Source: an uncultured Gemmatimonadales bacterium (GTDB lineage: Bacteria; Gemmatimonadota; Gemmatimonadetes; Longimicrobiales; RSA9). From it: DNA of 64,000 nt. Positions within the stretch are counted from its first letter, which is position 1; every line of letters begins with the position of its first letter. Location of the stretch: NCBI GenBank assembly GCA_963783305.1, contig CAWAMW010000002.1, positions 96,001 through 160,000 on the forward strand, read 5' to 3'. This document shows, in pieces, positions 48,652-58,144 of this stretch. The position numbers and the translations under genes were made by a program. Under the pieces are notes generated by a model. The model made no database searches, had not been told where the DNA came from, and saw only the letters and a list, made by a program, of their open reading frames with translations.

Positions 48652-50505
48652 TCACGTGTAGAGGTCGTCGATCCGGTCGCGGAAGCGCTCGAGCACCACG
48701 CTCCTCCGGATCTTCATGGTGGGGGTCAGCTCGTTTTCCTCGAGCGAGAGCTCGCGGTCCAGCAGCACGAACCGGCGGACCTGCTCAGTACGCGAGAGCC
48801 CTGCGTTCACGCGATCCACCGCCTCCTGCACCCGGGCGATCACCTCGGGGCGGTCCGTCAGCACGTCCACGGCTTCATCCAGACCCGACGACCGCGCCCA
48901 GCCCTCCACCATCGGGCGACGGAGCGTCAGCAGCGCGGAGATGAACTTCCGACCCTCACCCACGAGCACCGCCTGCGCGATCCAGGGGTCCTCCATCAGC
49001 CGCGCCTCCACCGGCACGGGCGCCACCTTCTTCCCGGTGGACAGCGCGATCAGCTCCTTCTTGCGACCGGTGACCCGCAGGAACCCGCGCGCGTCGAGCT
49101 CGCCGAGGTCCCCGGTCAGGAGCCAGGCGCCATCCCCCGTGAACGCCCGCCGGGATTCGGCCGGACGGCCGTGGTAGCCGGCGAACGTGAGGTCCGAACG
49201 GAGGATCAGGATCTCCCCGTCATCGGCGATCCTCAGGGTGGTGCCGGGCATGGGGGGGCCCGCGGTGTCGAAGCCATACGCGTCCGGCCGATTGAAGACG
49301 GCGCACAGGTGCTCGGTCAGGCCGTATGCGCCAAGGACGGTCAGTCCCAGCGCGTCCAGAAACACCGCCACCTCCTCCGGCAGCGCCGCGCCCCCGGACG
49401 TGGCCAGCCTGATGCGGCCACCGAAGTGATCTTTCAGCCGGGCAGCGAAGGGGACCACGCCATCGGCCCACGCGCGCTCGAGCTCCACATCCCAGTCGGA
49501 GCCCGCACGGCGCCGGTGCGCCGACCGCCGCCGGCCCAGCTCCAGCACCCGGTCCCAGCGGGCGCGCTCCTCCGCGGGCGCCGTGGCGCGTTCGGCCTCC
49601 ATCGCCTCGTAGGCCTTCTCGTAGAAGCGCGGCAGCCCGCCGAACAGCGTGGGCCCGTACGACCGCGCGGACGCACCCACACGGGTATGGTCCGGCACCA
49701 GCGCGCACTCCATCCCGCACAGGATCCGCGTGTAGAGGCCGAACACCCGTTCGGCGGCGTGGCAGTAGGGGAGGAAGGAGAGAGCGGTGTCCTCGGCCGT
49801 GAGACCCAGCGTGTCCCGGACCGATACCGCCGACGCCAGCAGGTACCGGTGCGGGATGCGCGCGCCCTTCGGCTCGCCCGTGGAGCCCGACGTGTAGATC
49901 AGCGCCGCCACATCGTCCGGACGCGCCGCGGACACCCGCCGCTCCAGCTCCTCGACGGCGCCTCCCTCGAGAGCGCGGCGGCCGCGTTCCAGCCACTCGC
50001 TCCACGACACCACCCCCGGACGATTCAATGCCACGTCGTCCGGCGCGATGAGCACCGGGCCGCCCCGCCGTTCGGCGCCGAGCGCCAGTGCGGCTTCCAG
50101 CACGGCCAGTCGCTCGGGCGAGTCCACCACCACTATCGCGGCGCCCGCGTCGGCGAGAATGTGCCTCACCTGCGCCGCGGCCGACGTGGGGTAGAGCCCG
50201 ACCCCGACGCACCCGGCCAGCACACACCCCAGGTCGGCGATGGGCCACTCGACTCGCGACCCGGCGAAGATCGCCACCACCGCGCCCGGGGAGTGCCCCG
50301 CCGCCACCAGCGCCGCCGCGAAGGCACGGGAGCGCTCCGCCCACTCAGCCCACGTGAGCACACTGTCGGCCTCCGCCCCACCCACCTTCAGCGTACGCAT
50401 GGCTGGACGGTCCCCGTGTTCGCGGGCGCGCTCCAGAAACACGGAAGCGATCGTGGCGGAATTCCCCTGGGAGAGCGCGGCCTGGTGCGTCGTGGCGGTC
50501 GTCAT
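48652..50505 (-). CDS. Long-chain fatty-acid--CoA ligase (FadD15-like)
   Basis: YTSGSTGEPKG, FLPYCHAAER, YGLTE, TGRKKELI, ELTPTMKIRR. Confidence 0.92.
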   Translation of the reverse strand: MTTATTHQAALSQGNSATIASVFLERAREHGDRPAMRTLKVGGAEADSVLTWAEWAERSRAFAAALVAAGHSPGAVVAIFAGSRVEWPIADLGCVLAGCVGVGLYPTSAAAQVRHILADAGAAIVVVDSPERLAVLEAALALGAERRGGPVLIAPDDVALNRPGVVSWSEWLERGRRALEGGAVEELERRVSAARPDDVAALIYTSGSTGEPKGARIPHRYLLASAVSVRDTLGLTAEDTALSFLPYCHAAERVFGLYTRILCGMECALVPDHTRVGASARSYGPTLFGGLPRFYEKAYEAMEAERATAPAEERARWDRVLELGRRRSAHRRRAGSDWDVELERAWADGVVPFAARLKDHFGGRIRLATSGGAALPEEVAVFLDALGLTVLGAYGLTEHLCAVFNRPDAYGFDTAGPPMPGTTLRIADDGEILILRSDLTFAGYHGRPAESRRAFTGDGAWLLTGDLGELDARGFLRVTGRKKELIALSTGKKVAPVPVEARLMEDPWIAQAVLVGEGRKFISALLTLRRPMVEGWARSSGLDEAVDVLTDRPEVIARVQEAVDRVNAGLSRTEQVRRFVLLDRELSLEENELTPTMKIRRSVVLERFRDRIDDLYT

Positions 50506-51512
50506 GCCCGCTCCGCCTCCGGATCCCAGCGCACGGCCGCCGATCCCATGGCGAGCCCCGCACCGGAGCCGGTCATGACGACGAGATCTCCCACCGACAG
50601 CCGGCCGGCGCGGACCGCGTCGTCGAGAGCCATGGGGATGCAGGCGGATCCGGTGTAGCCCCACTTGTGCATGATGGTGTGGGCTCGGGACATCGGCTGC
50701 CCCAGGCGCTCCATGACCACCTCGATCGTGGACCGGTTCACCTGCGTCCAGAGCCACAGGTCCACGTCACCCGGCAATGCGGCGGCCCGCGCCAGCACCG
50801 CCTTCACCAGACGCGGCCACCCCTCCTCGTTCACCGACGCCGGGTACTTGTCCACGAACTGCAGCCGGTTCCGACGATTCTCACCCCGCAGGTGCGCCTC
50901 CCCGATGGGCTCGGCCGTGCCGCCGGCGAAGACGCCGAGTCCCATCGCGTACGCGCCGTCCGCGTGGAGCTCCGAGGCCAGCACCCCCGGCCGCGCCGCC
51001 GCCTCCACCACCACCGCCCCGGCTCCATCCGCGAAGATCGTCGACGTCTTCTTGTCCTCATTATCCACGAACTTCGTCATCGCGTACGCGGCCACCACCA
51101 GGATGCGGCGATACCGCTCGTCCGCCCGCAGATACTTCCACGCGATGTCCAGCGCGGTGACGAATCCGGCACAGGCCGCGTTCACGTCGAAGGTCCCGGC
51201 GCGCTTCATCCCGAGCCGACCGTGCACCACCGAGGATGTGGCCGGAGAGATGTGCTCCGGCGTGTCCGTGGAGACGATCAGAAGGTCCACATCGTCGGGC
51301 TCCAGGCCCGCGCTCTCCAGCGCTCGCCGCGCCGCCCGCTCCGCCAGGTCCGCGGTCGATTCGTCCGGCCCGCAGACCCGCCGCTCCCGGATCCCCAGCA
51401 CGTTCGAGACGAAGTCGTCGATGTCCTCGCCCAGCCGCTCCGACAGCTCCGCGTTCGTCACCACCCGCTCGGGCACGTACATGCCCGTTCCCGTGATCAC
51501 CGCCTCCCTCAC
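50502..51512 (-). CDS. KAS III (FabH-fold) protein with non-canonical active site
   Basis: GTGMYVP, GIRERR, NAACAGF, FADGAGA; WTQVN and GYTGSA in place of HQAN and GNTSAA. Confidence 0.88.
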   Translation of the reverse strand: MREAVITGTGMYVPERVVTNAELSERLGEDIDDFVSNVLGIRERRVCGPDESTADLAERAARRALESAGLEPDDVDLLIVSTDTPEHISPATSSVVHGRLGMKRAGTFDVNAACAGFVTALDIAWKYLRADERYRRILVVAAYAMTKFVDNEDKKTSTIFADGAGAVVVEAAARPGVLASELHADGAYAMGLGVFAGGTAEPIGEAHLRGENRRNRLQFVDKYPASVNEEGWPRLVKAVLARAAALPGDVDLWLWTQVNRSTIEVVMERLGQPMSRAHTIMHKWGYTGSACIPMALDDAVRAGRLSVGDLVVMTGSGAGLAMGSAAVRWDPEAERA

Positions 51513-52132
51513 GGCGCCACCTCGGACCGCTCCCCGCCGCTCCCGAGCGCCGCACGCATGATCTGGAGCAGCGCCGCCGTCGCCTCCTCCGGTGGCTCCC
51601 GGTCTTCCCACACCACCCAGCGCACCCCCATGAAGTGCGCCATCCCCATGAGCGAATACGCCAGCGTCTCCGCGTCCACTCGGTCGATCTCTCCCGCCTC
51701 CATGGCCGCCCGAAGACCCGCCGCATACCCCGTCGCCAGCCGCTCGTAGTACCAACGGTGCATCTCCGGCGCGACCACCTCCGCCTCCAGCACGATCCGG
51801 TACAGGTCCCGATGCTCCCGCACGAACCGCAGGAACGCCCGGACACCCGTCTCCTCCGCCTCCACCCGGCTCGTCAGCCCCTCCACCGACTCCCGGAGCG
51901 TCCCCCGGAGCTCGTGGCTCAGATAGCGCACCAGCTCCCGGAAAATGTCTTCCTTGCTGCCAAAATAGAGATAGAACGTGCCGTGTCCGACTCCCGCCGC
52001 CCGGGTGATGTCTCCCACCGCGGTCCCGTGGAACCCGCTCCCACCGAAGAGCGACTCCGCCGCTCGCAGCAGCTTGCGGCGCGTGGCTTCTCCGCGCGCA
52101 GTGCGCGGGGTGCGCTCGCTGGTCTTCGGCAT
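51509..52132 (-). CDS. TetR/AcrR family regulator
   Basis: HTH ITRAAGVGHGTFYLYFGSKE; first gene of the coupled operon. Confidence 0.93.
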   Translation of the reverse strand: MPKTSERTPRTARGEATRRKLLRAAESLFGGSGFHGTAVGDITRAAGVGHGTFYLYFGSKEDIFRELVRYLSHELRGTLRESVEGLTSRVEAEETGVRAFLRFVREHRDLYRIVLEAEVVAPEMHRWYYERLATGYAAGLRAAMEAGEIDRVDAETLAYSLMGMAHFMGVRWVVWEDREPPEEATAALLQIMRAALGSGGERSEVAP

Positions 52133-52196
52133 GACCGCTCCTCGGAGTGGGTCCTGGGGGTTCCCGGCGCGTCGCGGGGACGAGTGTGCCGGCCAA

Positions 52197-52223
52197 ACCT
52201 GAAACCTGATTCAGGTGTCAGGT
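52197..52223. promoter_or_regulatory. Probable TetR operator
   Basis: ACCTGA-A-ACCTGA-T-TCAGGT-G-TCAGGT inverted repeat between a minus-strand TTGACA (52260-52255) and the tetR start. Confidence 0.75.
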
Positions 52224-52427
52224 ACTGGGATAGGTACAATGCCGGATCCATGACTGTCAAGGGAGAAGGGTTCTGGCGCTGCTGGCGACGCCCGTGCATG
52301 AGCACCCGGTCAGGCCATCGCCTGGGGGCGGTTCAACGGCGTCCCGGCGTCCTGGAGGCACCGCGCGCCTGGTCCTTCTCTTGCCGCGCTTTCGGCTACC
52401 CTGAAGTCAAGCGCAGAGGAGGAGATA

Positions 52428-53282
52428 ATGTCCGATCGAGCTATCGCGGCCGCTGCCGGAACCGTTCACCTGGGCGACATGGAGGTGAGCCGCATGGGCT
52501 TCGGCGCCATGCGACTCACCGGGGAGGGGGTCTGGGGCCCGCCCGAAGACCGGGAGGCGGCGCACCGCGTCCTCCGCACGGCCGTCCACGAGCTGGGGAT
52601 CACGTTCGTGGACACCGCCGACGCGTACGGGCCCGACGTCGATGAGGAGCTGATCGCGGAAGCGCTCCATCCCTACCCGGCCGAGCTGGTGATCGGAACG
52701 AAGGGCGGCAGCATCCGCCCCGGCGGGGAGTGGAAGCGGAACGGCCGCCCGGAGCACCTCCGGCGAGCGCTCCACGGTAGCCTCCGCCGCCTCCGGCTGG
52801 AGCGTATCGAATTGTACCAGCTCCACTCGCCGGACCCTGATGTTCCCATCGAGGAGTCGCTGGGGGAGCTGGTGCGGCTCAGGGACGAAGGCAAGATCCG
52901 GCACATCGGCGTTTCCAACTTCGACGTGGAGCAGCTCGAGCGGGCGCTCGCGGTCACCCCAGTGGTCTCCGTCCAGAACCATTACAACGTGGGCGTACGA
53001 TCGGAGTCGGACCCCGTGGTGGACTGGTGCGAGGAGCGCGACATCGTGTTCATGGCGTACCGACCCGTCGCGGGCGGCTCCATGGACAGCGACGCTGTAC
53101 GCCGGGTCGCGGAACGTCGGGACGCCACGCCGTCCCAGGTGGCTCTGGCGTGGCTGCTCCACCGCTCCCCGGTAATCCTCCCGATCCCGGGCACCTCCAG
53201 TCTCGAGCACCTGCGGGAGAACACCGCCGCCACCGAGCTGGAGCTTACGCCCGACGAGCTGGAGGCGATGGCGGAGGGCTGA
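52428..53282 (+). CDS. Aldo/keto reductase
   Basis: GFGAMRL, DTADAYG, LYQLH, IGVSN, PIPGT. Confidence 0.93.
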   Translation: MSDRAIAAAAGTVHLGDMEVSRMGFGAMRLTGEGVWGPPEDREAAHRVLRTAVHELGITFVDTADAYGPDVDEELIAEALHPYPAELVIGTKGGSIRPGGEWKRNGRPEHLRRALHGSLRRLRLERIELYQLHSPDPDVPIEESLGELVRLRDEGKIRHIGVSNFDVEQLERALAVTPVVSVQNHYNVGVRSESDPVVDWCEERDIVFMAYRPVAGGSMDSDAVRRVAERRDATPSQVALAWLLHRSPVILPIPGTSSLEHLRENTAATELELTPDELEAMAEG

Positions 53283-53357
53283 CGTGTCGCTGCCGGGCCA
53301 ACCTCGGGACGGGGGGACCGGGGTTCGGCGCTCTTCCGCGGTTCAGCCCCGGTACGT

Positions 53358-53852
53358 TCAGCCTGTGGTCTTCTTCACCAGCCAGCCGCGGACGTACTGA
53401 AGCGTGTCCGACACCGCGTCCACGGCCAGGATCCGGGTGAGGGCGCGGGTCGGGCCCGGTGCCGCATCGTGGGCGAGGACCAGGGTGCTTGCCACCCAGT
53501 GGGCGGTGCAGAACGGACAGGTGACCAGGTCGCCCACGGCCTCCTGAAGCCCATCTCCGCGGGCGGTCTCCTTCACCTCATCCCCGGAATCCTGCTCGAC
53601 GTAGCGAGTGAACGGCGCCCGGATGGCGGTGCCGATCCAGCTCTTCGTGATGACCCGCGAGAGCTTGTACGTCGCCACGCCCGTGAGCACCAGCTCACCG
53701 GTCTCCATCTTTCCGAGCTCCACGCCCCGACGACGGAGGACGCCCATGGCGGTGCCGAGCAGGGCCAGGTGACCCACCACCAGCATGGCGTAGCCACCCA
53801 GTGGTGGGTCGTGATCCGGAGCGTATGCGTGCTTCAGTGATTCGACGTTCAC
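53358..53852 (-). CDS. DUF1360 family membrane protein
   Basis: ATYKLSR, IRAPF, GDLVTCPFC. Confidence 0.8.
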   Translation of the reverse strand: MNVESLKHAYAPDHDPPLGGYAMLVVGHLALLGTAMGVLRRRGVELGKMETGELVLTGVATYKLSRVITKSWIGTAIRAPFTRYVEQDSGDEVKETARGDGLQEAVGDLVTCPFCTAHWVASTLVLAHDAAPGPTRALTRILAVDAVSDTLQYVRGWLVKKTTG

Positions 53853-53996
53853 GTTCGATCCTCGCGCTGGTACGGGTCTTCGAGAACCCGCCCATAGTGC
53901 AAGGGTCGATCCGCTCCGCCGTCTCCCTCTCCGTCGCCGGGGCCAGCCGGACCCGGACAGGCCGGACGGACCTGCACGCGGCGTACTGACCGGCCC

Positions 53997-55652
53997 CTAC
54001 CGCCTGCCGTACAGCGCCTTCCACTCCTCCTCGAACTCGTTCCCGGGCGCCCAGCGCGGCTGCTCGTCCGCGTTCGCCACCCGGCGAGCGACCTCGAAGA
54101 GGATCCGCATGTCCCGCTCGACGCCCCGGAGGTCCCAGGCATCGGTCACCTCGTCGCTGACCTGGTGATAGTGCTCGAGCTCGTACGCGCCGGGATCGAA
54201 CCCCAGGTCACTCACGTAATCGGTGCCCGCCTGGAGGTAGAGCGCCGGAATGCCCGCCTTGGCGAAGCTGACCTGGTCGGAGCGGTAGAAGCTGCCCGCG
54301 TTCGGGTTCGGGTCACCGGCCGGAGTAAGCCCCCGCTCGCGCACCACGGCGGCGAACGTATCCCCGATGGTGCTCATGTCGAGACCGATGGCGGCCACGT
54401 CACGGGTCTCGCCGAATGGCTGGGGCGAGTCCACGTTGATGTTGGCCACGATCCGGTCCAGCGGGACGGGCGGGTCGTTGATGAAGGCGCTGCTGCCGAG
54501 CAGGCCGCCCTCTTCCGCGGTGATGGAGACGAACATCACGGACCGGTGTGGCTCCGCGGCGGCGAACGCCTCGGCAGCCGCCATGATCGACGCGACGCCC
54601 AGCGCGTTGTCCAGTGCGCCGTTGAAGATCTTGTCGTCCCCGTCCAGCGCCGTGTCCACGCCCAGGTGGTCGTGGTGCGACGTGAAGACCACGTACTCGC
54701 TGGCCAGCCCGGGATCGGTGCCCCGCACCACGCCCGCGACGTTATGGGCACGGACTCGCTCGATCTCCGTCTCGATCCGGCCGCTGACACGGTAGCCGGT
54801 GTCCACGGGGCGGAAATCGCGCCGGGCCGCCATCTCGAAGAGTCCGGCCAGATCGGTTCCCATGGAGGCGGCGACCTGCTCGGAGCGGGTGGAGTCCATC
54901 CACGCGAGCACCGGGACCTTGTACGTCCGCTGCCAGACCTGACCCGAACCGGAGCTTCCGACGACGCTGAAGCCGTAGCTGGCCGACTCGTCGGTATGGA
55001 TCACGATCGCGCCCGCGGCGCCCACCCGATCCGCCTGTTCGAACTTGTACGTCCAGCGGCCGTAGTACGTCCGGGCCTCCCCGCCGAACAGCGCCTCCCC
55101 GCCCTCCTCCACCGGCGGATCGTTGTTCAGGAACAGCAGCACCTTGCCCGCCATGTCCTCACCCTTGAAATCGTCCCAGTCGTGCTCAGGCGCGTCCACT
55201 CCGTAGCCCACGAACACCAGCGGGGCGCCGCGCAGCTCCACCACGGGCTCCTCGGCCGTCGACCAGTACGTGAAATTTTCATCATCGACCAGCGGGAGGG
55301 GGCCTTCGGGACCACTGATGGTCAACGAAGACGACGGCCGCTTCGTCATCCCCACCAGCTCGACCGGGAGCCGGTAGTCGCCACCGGCCACGGGCTCGAG
55401 TCCGATCTGCCGGTACCGCTCCACGATGTAACGCACCGCGCGCTCCTCGCCCGGTGTGCCGGGCGCCCGACCCTCCATGCTGTCGGCGGAGAGCACGAGA
55501 ACATCCTGCATGATCCCCTCGGCGGTGATGAGGCTGGCCGGGCCGGACTCGGCCGGGCTGAGCTCGCCCTCAGGGTCGTCTGTGGACGGGGCGCACGCGC
55601 TGGCTGCGGTGATGAGCGCGGCGAAGAGCACGGAAAGGGGTCGTGCGGTCAT
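53997..55652 (-). CDS. M28 family peptidase lipoprotein with PA domain
   Basis: MEGRAPGT, YYGRWTYK, HHDHLG, NGALDNA, AEEGGLLGS, RSDQ, YHQVSD. Confidence 0.92.
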   Translation of the reverse strand: MTARPLSVLFAALITAASACAPSTDDPEGELSPAESGPASLITAEGIMQDVLVLSADSMEGRAPGTPGEERAVRYIVERYRQIGLEPVAGGDYRLPVELVGMTKRPSSSLTISGPEGPLPLVDDENFTYWSTAEEPVVELRGAPLVFVGYGVDAPEHDWDDFKGEDMAGKVLLFLNNDPPVEEGGEALFGGEARTYYGRWTYKFEQADRVGAAGAIVIHTDESASYGFSVVGSSGSGQVWQRTYKVPVLAWMDSTRSEQVAASMGTDLAGLFEMAARRDFRPVDTGYRVSGRIETEIERVRAHNVAGVVRGTDPGLASEYVVFTSHHDHLGVDTALDGDDKIFNGALDNALGVASIMAAAEAFAAAEPHRSVMFVSITAEEGGLLGSSAFINDPPVPLDRIVANINVDSPQPFGETRDVAAIGLDMSTIGDTFAAVVRERGLTPAGDPNPNAGSFYRSDQVSFAKAGIPALYLQAGTDYVSDLGFDPGAYELEHYHQVSDEVTDAWDLRGVERDMRILFEVARRVANADEQPRWAPGNEFEEEWKALYGRR

Positions 55653-55776
55653 GGCGATTGGCTGGCACGGGTTCGCGTGGGCGGGCGCCCGCACCGCGTG
55701 CCGGCGCTCGCCGCCTGGTGTCGCAAGATGATGCCGCTGTGGATCAGGGGCCAGGGCCGCGGCCGCGCAGAGCGGA

Positions 55777-56223
55777 CTACTCGGGGCAGGCGGCGTGCTG
55801 GAGACGGACGGCGTGCCGGGTCCGGTCCCCCATTCCGGCGTCGCCCACCGGGATGGCGGTCCCGGTCAGGTAGTCGTCCTCCCGCACCAGGTTGACCACG
55901 AAGCCGCCCATGGACGGATAGCCGATCCGCACGGAATCCGGGCCCCGGTTCTGCCAGTAGCCGAACGGGAAGTCCTGGATCTCGTCCGGGCCCACCAGGG
56001 TCACGGCCCGGTACGTCTCGGGCTCCTGGTCCAGAGGCGGCCATCCGGTGAGGGAGTCGGCGGTGAGGTGGACGCCCCACGGCAGGTTGAGCTGCCGGGC
56101 CGTAGCGTCCTGCTCGAAGTAGTAGCAGCCCGCCACCTCCTGTGCGGCGCCGTTGGGCGTGCTGGCGCACGCTGCGGCGGCGAGGACGAGGATCGTGGCG
56201 GCGCTGAGACGGGTCGGGGTCAT
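55777..56223 (-). CDS. Hypothetical lipoprotein
   Basis: Lipobox AAAC; ATGA overlap with the upstream peptidase gene. Confidence 0.7.
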   Translation of the reverse strand: MTPTRLSAATILVLAAAACASTPNGAAQEVAGCYYFEQDATARQLNLPWGVHLTADSLTGWPPLDQEPETYRAVTLVGPDEIQDFPFGYWQNRGPDSVRIGYPSMGGFVVNLVREDDYLTGTAIPVGDAGMGDRTRHAVRLQHAACPE

Positions 56224-57746
56224 GGTATACGGCTTTCCGGCCGGAGGACTGTGCGTCTGCCATCGGGGTGTAGCACGATGATGGGCTCTTCCCCGGCAAT
56301 GTCGTAGCCGAGGGTTGCCCCGGCTTCGTCGAACCACGCACCGTCCAGGAGCCCGAGGAGTGGCGCGGCGTCGGCTGCAGACCGATCTACCTGATAGCCC
56401 AGGTCCTCGAACGAGGCAATGGTCATTTTGCTCAGGAACATGTTCTGGTTGGCGTACCCGGTCATCAGCTCATTGCCGAACACGCTCTCGCGCCAGTGCG
56501 AGTTCTCCGTACCCTGGCCGCCCGTGTTCTCCACCGGGATGGAGGTGGCCGAGCCCACTACCCCCCGGTACTCGGCCACCGCGGCCTCGCCCGTGTAGCG
56601 AGGGTCGTTCGCGATGGTGTCGTTGGTGCCTTCCACCAGGTCGAACAGGTCCGCTCTCCAGAGCGTGCCGAACCCCAGGATATGCCCCATCTCGTGCTGG
56701 ATCAGGCCCGTCACCAGCTCCTGGTTGGTGATCCCCAGCAGGTCGTACTCGTCCAAGGTGAGGAATCCCACGAACGGGGTGAGGTCGCCACGGATTCCGC
56801 ATGGCGAGGCCTGCCCCAGCACGTTCCCCTCCTCACCGCCCCGGCCGTCGATGGAGTCGATGTTCACCAGGATGATGACGTCGTCCAGCGACGCCCCGTT
56901 CACCAGCTTGCCGAACCCGCCGCAGCTATCGTCGCTGTCGAAGAAGGCGGTGTCACCCGGGATCGTGCCCGACTCCAGGTCGCCGACTATCGCCGCCTCC
57001 CACCTCCGGATCGCCTCGTCCACATTCGCCTGCAGCGCGGGCGGCACGTCCACCACCGGGAACGCCGTGATCGTATAGCGGTCCGGCCGATCGGGGATCA
57101 CCGGCAGGGTGAAGGTGCGGCGCGCGGTGAATCCGGCGCTGCGCACTTCGACGGTGAAGGTGGCGGTGTCCGGGCTCGCGGGCGCGCCCTGGAAGGCTCC
57201 GCTGCCGGTCAGCTCCAGACCCGGGGGAAGTGAGCCCTCCACGACACTCCATTCGTAGCTATCCCCATCCCCCCCGAGCGCCTCGAGGTGCACCTCGAAC
57301 GGGAACCCGGCTAGCGTGGGTGGGAGCCGCAACGTCGCCACCGTGAGGGGCTGCGGCTCCGGCCGGACCGTGAGGGTCAGCCGCGCCGTGTCCGCCCGCC
57401 CGAGTCCGTCCCGCACACTCAGCCGGAACGTGTAGGTGCCGTCATCCTCCGGAATGCCTGTGATGAGGACATCCGTAGCCGTCAGGTCGTCCGCGCTCAG
57501 CTCGAGCCCGGGCGGGAGCGACCCCGACACGAGATCCCAGAAGTACTCACCATTGCCCCCGGTCACGGTGATGCCCTCGGAGTACGGCTCCGCCACGGTG
57601 GCGGTGGGCAGCGTAGCGGTGGTAATGTCGGGAGCGGCCGTCTGGGGCCCGGTGGGCCCGTCGTCGCAGCCGGTGAAGGCCAGCACACCCGCGAGCACGC
57701 CGGCCGCTACGGCGCGGCGCGTCGGGGTAGAGAGATGGAATGACAT
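56220..57746 (-). CDS. Leishmanolysin-like (M8) zinc metalloprotease lipoprotein with two He_PIG-type Ig domains
   Basis: Lipobox FTGC, GSLPPGLEL twice, HEMGHILGFG, SHWRESVFGNELMTG. Confidence 0.88.
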   Translation of the reverse strand: MSFHLSTPTRRAVAAGVLAGVLAFTGCDDGPTGPQTAAPDITTATLPTATVAEPYSEGITVTGGNGEYFWDLVSGSLPPGLELSADDLTATDVLITGIPEDDGTYTFRLSVRDGLGRADTARLTLTVRPEPQPLTVATLRLPPTLAGFPFEVHLEALGGDGDSYEWSVVEGSLPPGLELTGSGAFQGAPASPDTATFTVEVRSAGFTARRTFTLPVIPDRPDRYTITAFPVVDVPPALQANVDEAIRRWEAAIVGDLESGTIPGDTAFFDSDDSCGGFGKLVNGASLDDVIILVNIDSIDGRGGEEGNVLGQASPCGIRGDLTPFVGFLTLDEYDLLGITNQELVTGLIQHEMGHILGFGTLWRADLFDLVEGTNDTIANDPRYTGEAAVAEYRGVVGSATSIPVENTGGQGTENSHWRESVFGNELMTGYANQNMFLSKMTIASFEDLGYQVDRSAADAAPLLGLLDGAWFDEAGATLGYDIAGEEPIIVLHPDGRRTVLRPESRIP

Positions 57747-57864
57747 GGCAGCCTCGGTTCAACGATGCGACGCTCGCGCTGTGCAAGGTCGGTACCACGG
57801 TGCGCGCCTGGCGCGCCCGCACGGACGCGCCCTGGCGGGGGCTGAAGAAGTCGAGGGGAGGAGG

Positions 57865-58110
57865 GTCGAGGGTCGATCCCTTAGGGACCCGCTGGCGCGG
57901 GGGGTCGATCGCCCGCGCTTCGCGCGAGGCGACCGCGCTGCGCGCGGCGTCGACTGTGACGGGGCACGCGCGTGTGCTCTTCCTTCCGGTTGTGGCGGCG
58001 AGATGGTGGGAGGAAAGACGGAGCGCAGCGGAGATCGACCAGCGAGGCCGGAGGCCGAAGCGGTCGACCAGCGAGCGAAGCGACGCGATCGACAGGGAGC
58101 CCAGCGACCG
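57865..58110. repeat. GC-rich palindromic intergenic repeat region related to 16595-16750 and 8155-8190
   Basis: Shared blocks in inverted orientation; internal TCGACCAGCGAG duplication. Confidence 0.65.
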
Positions 58111-58144
58111 TTCGCTCCCGCCCTCCGTCTCTTTCACCGACGTG

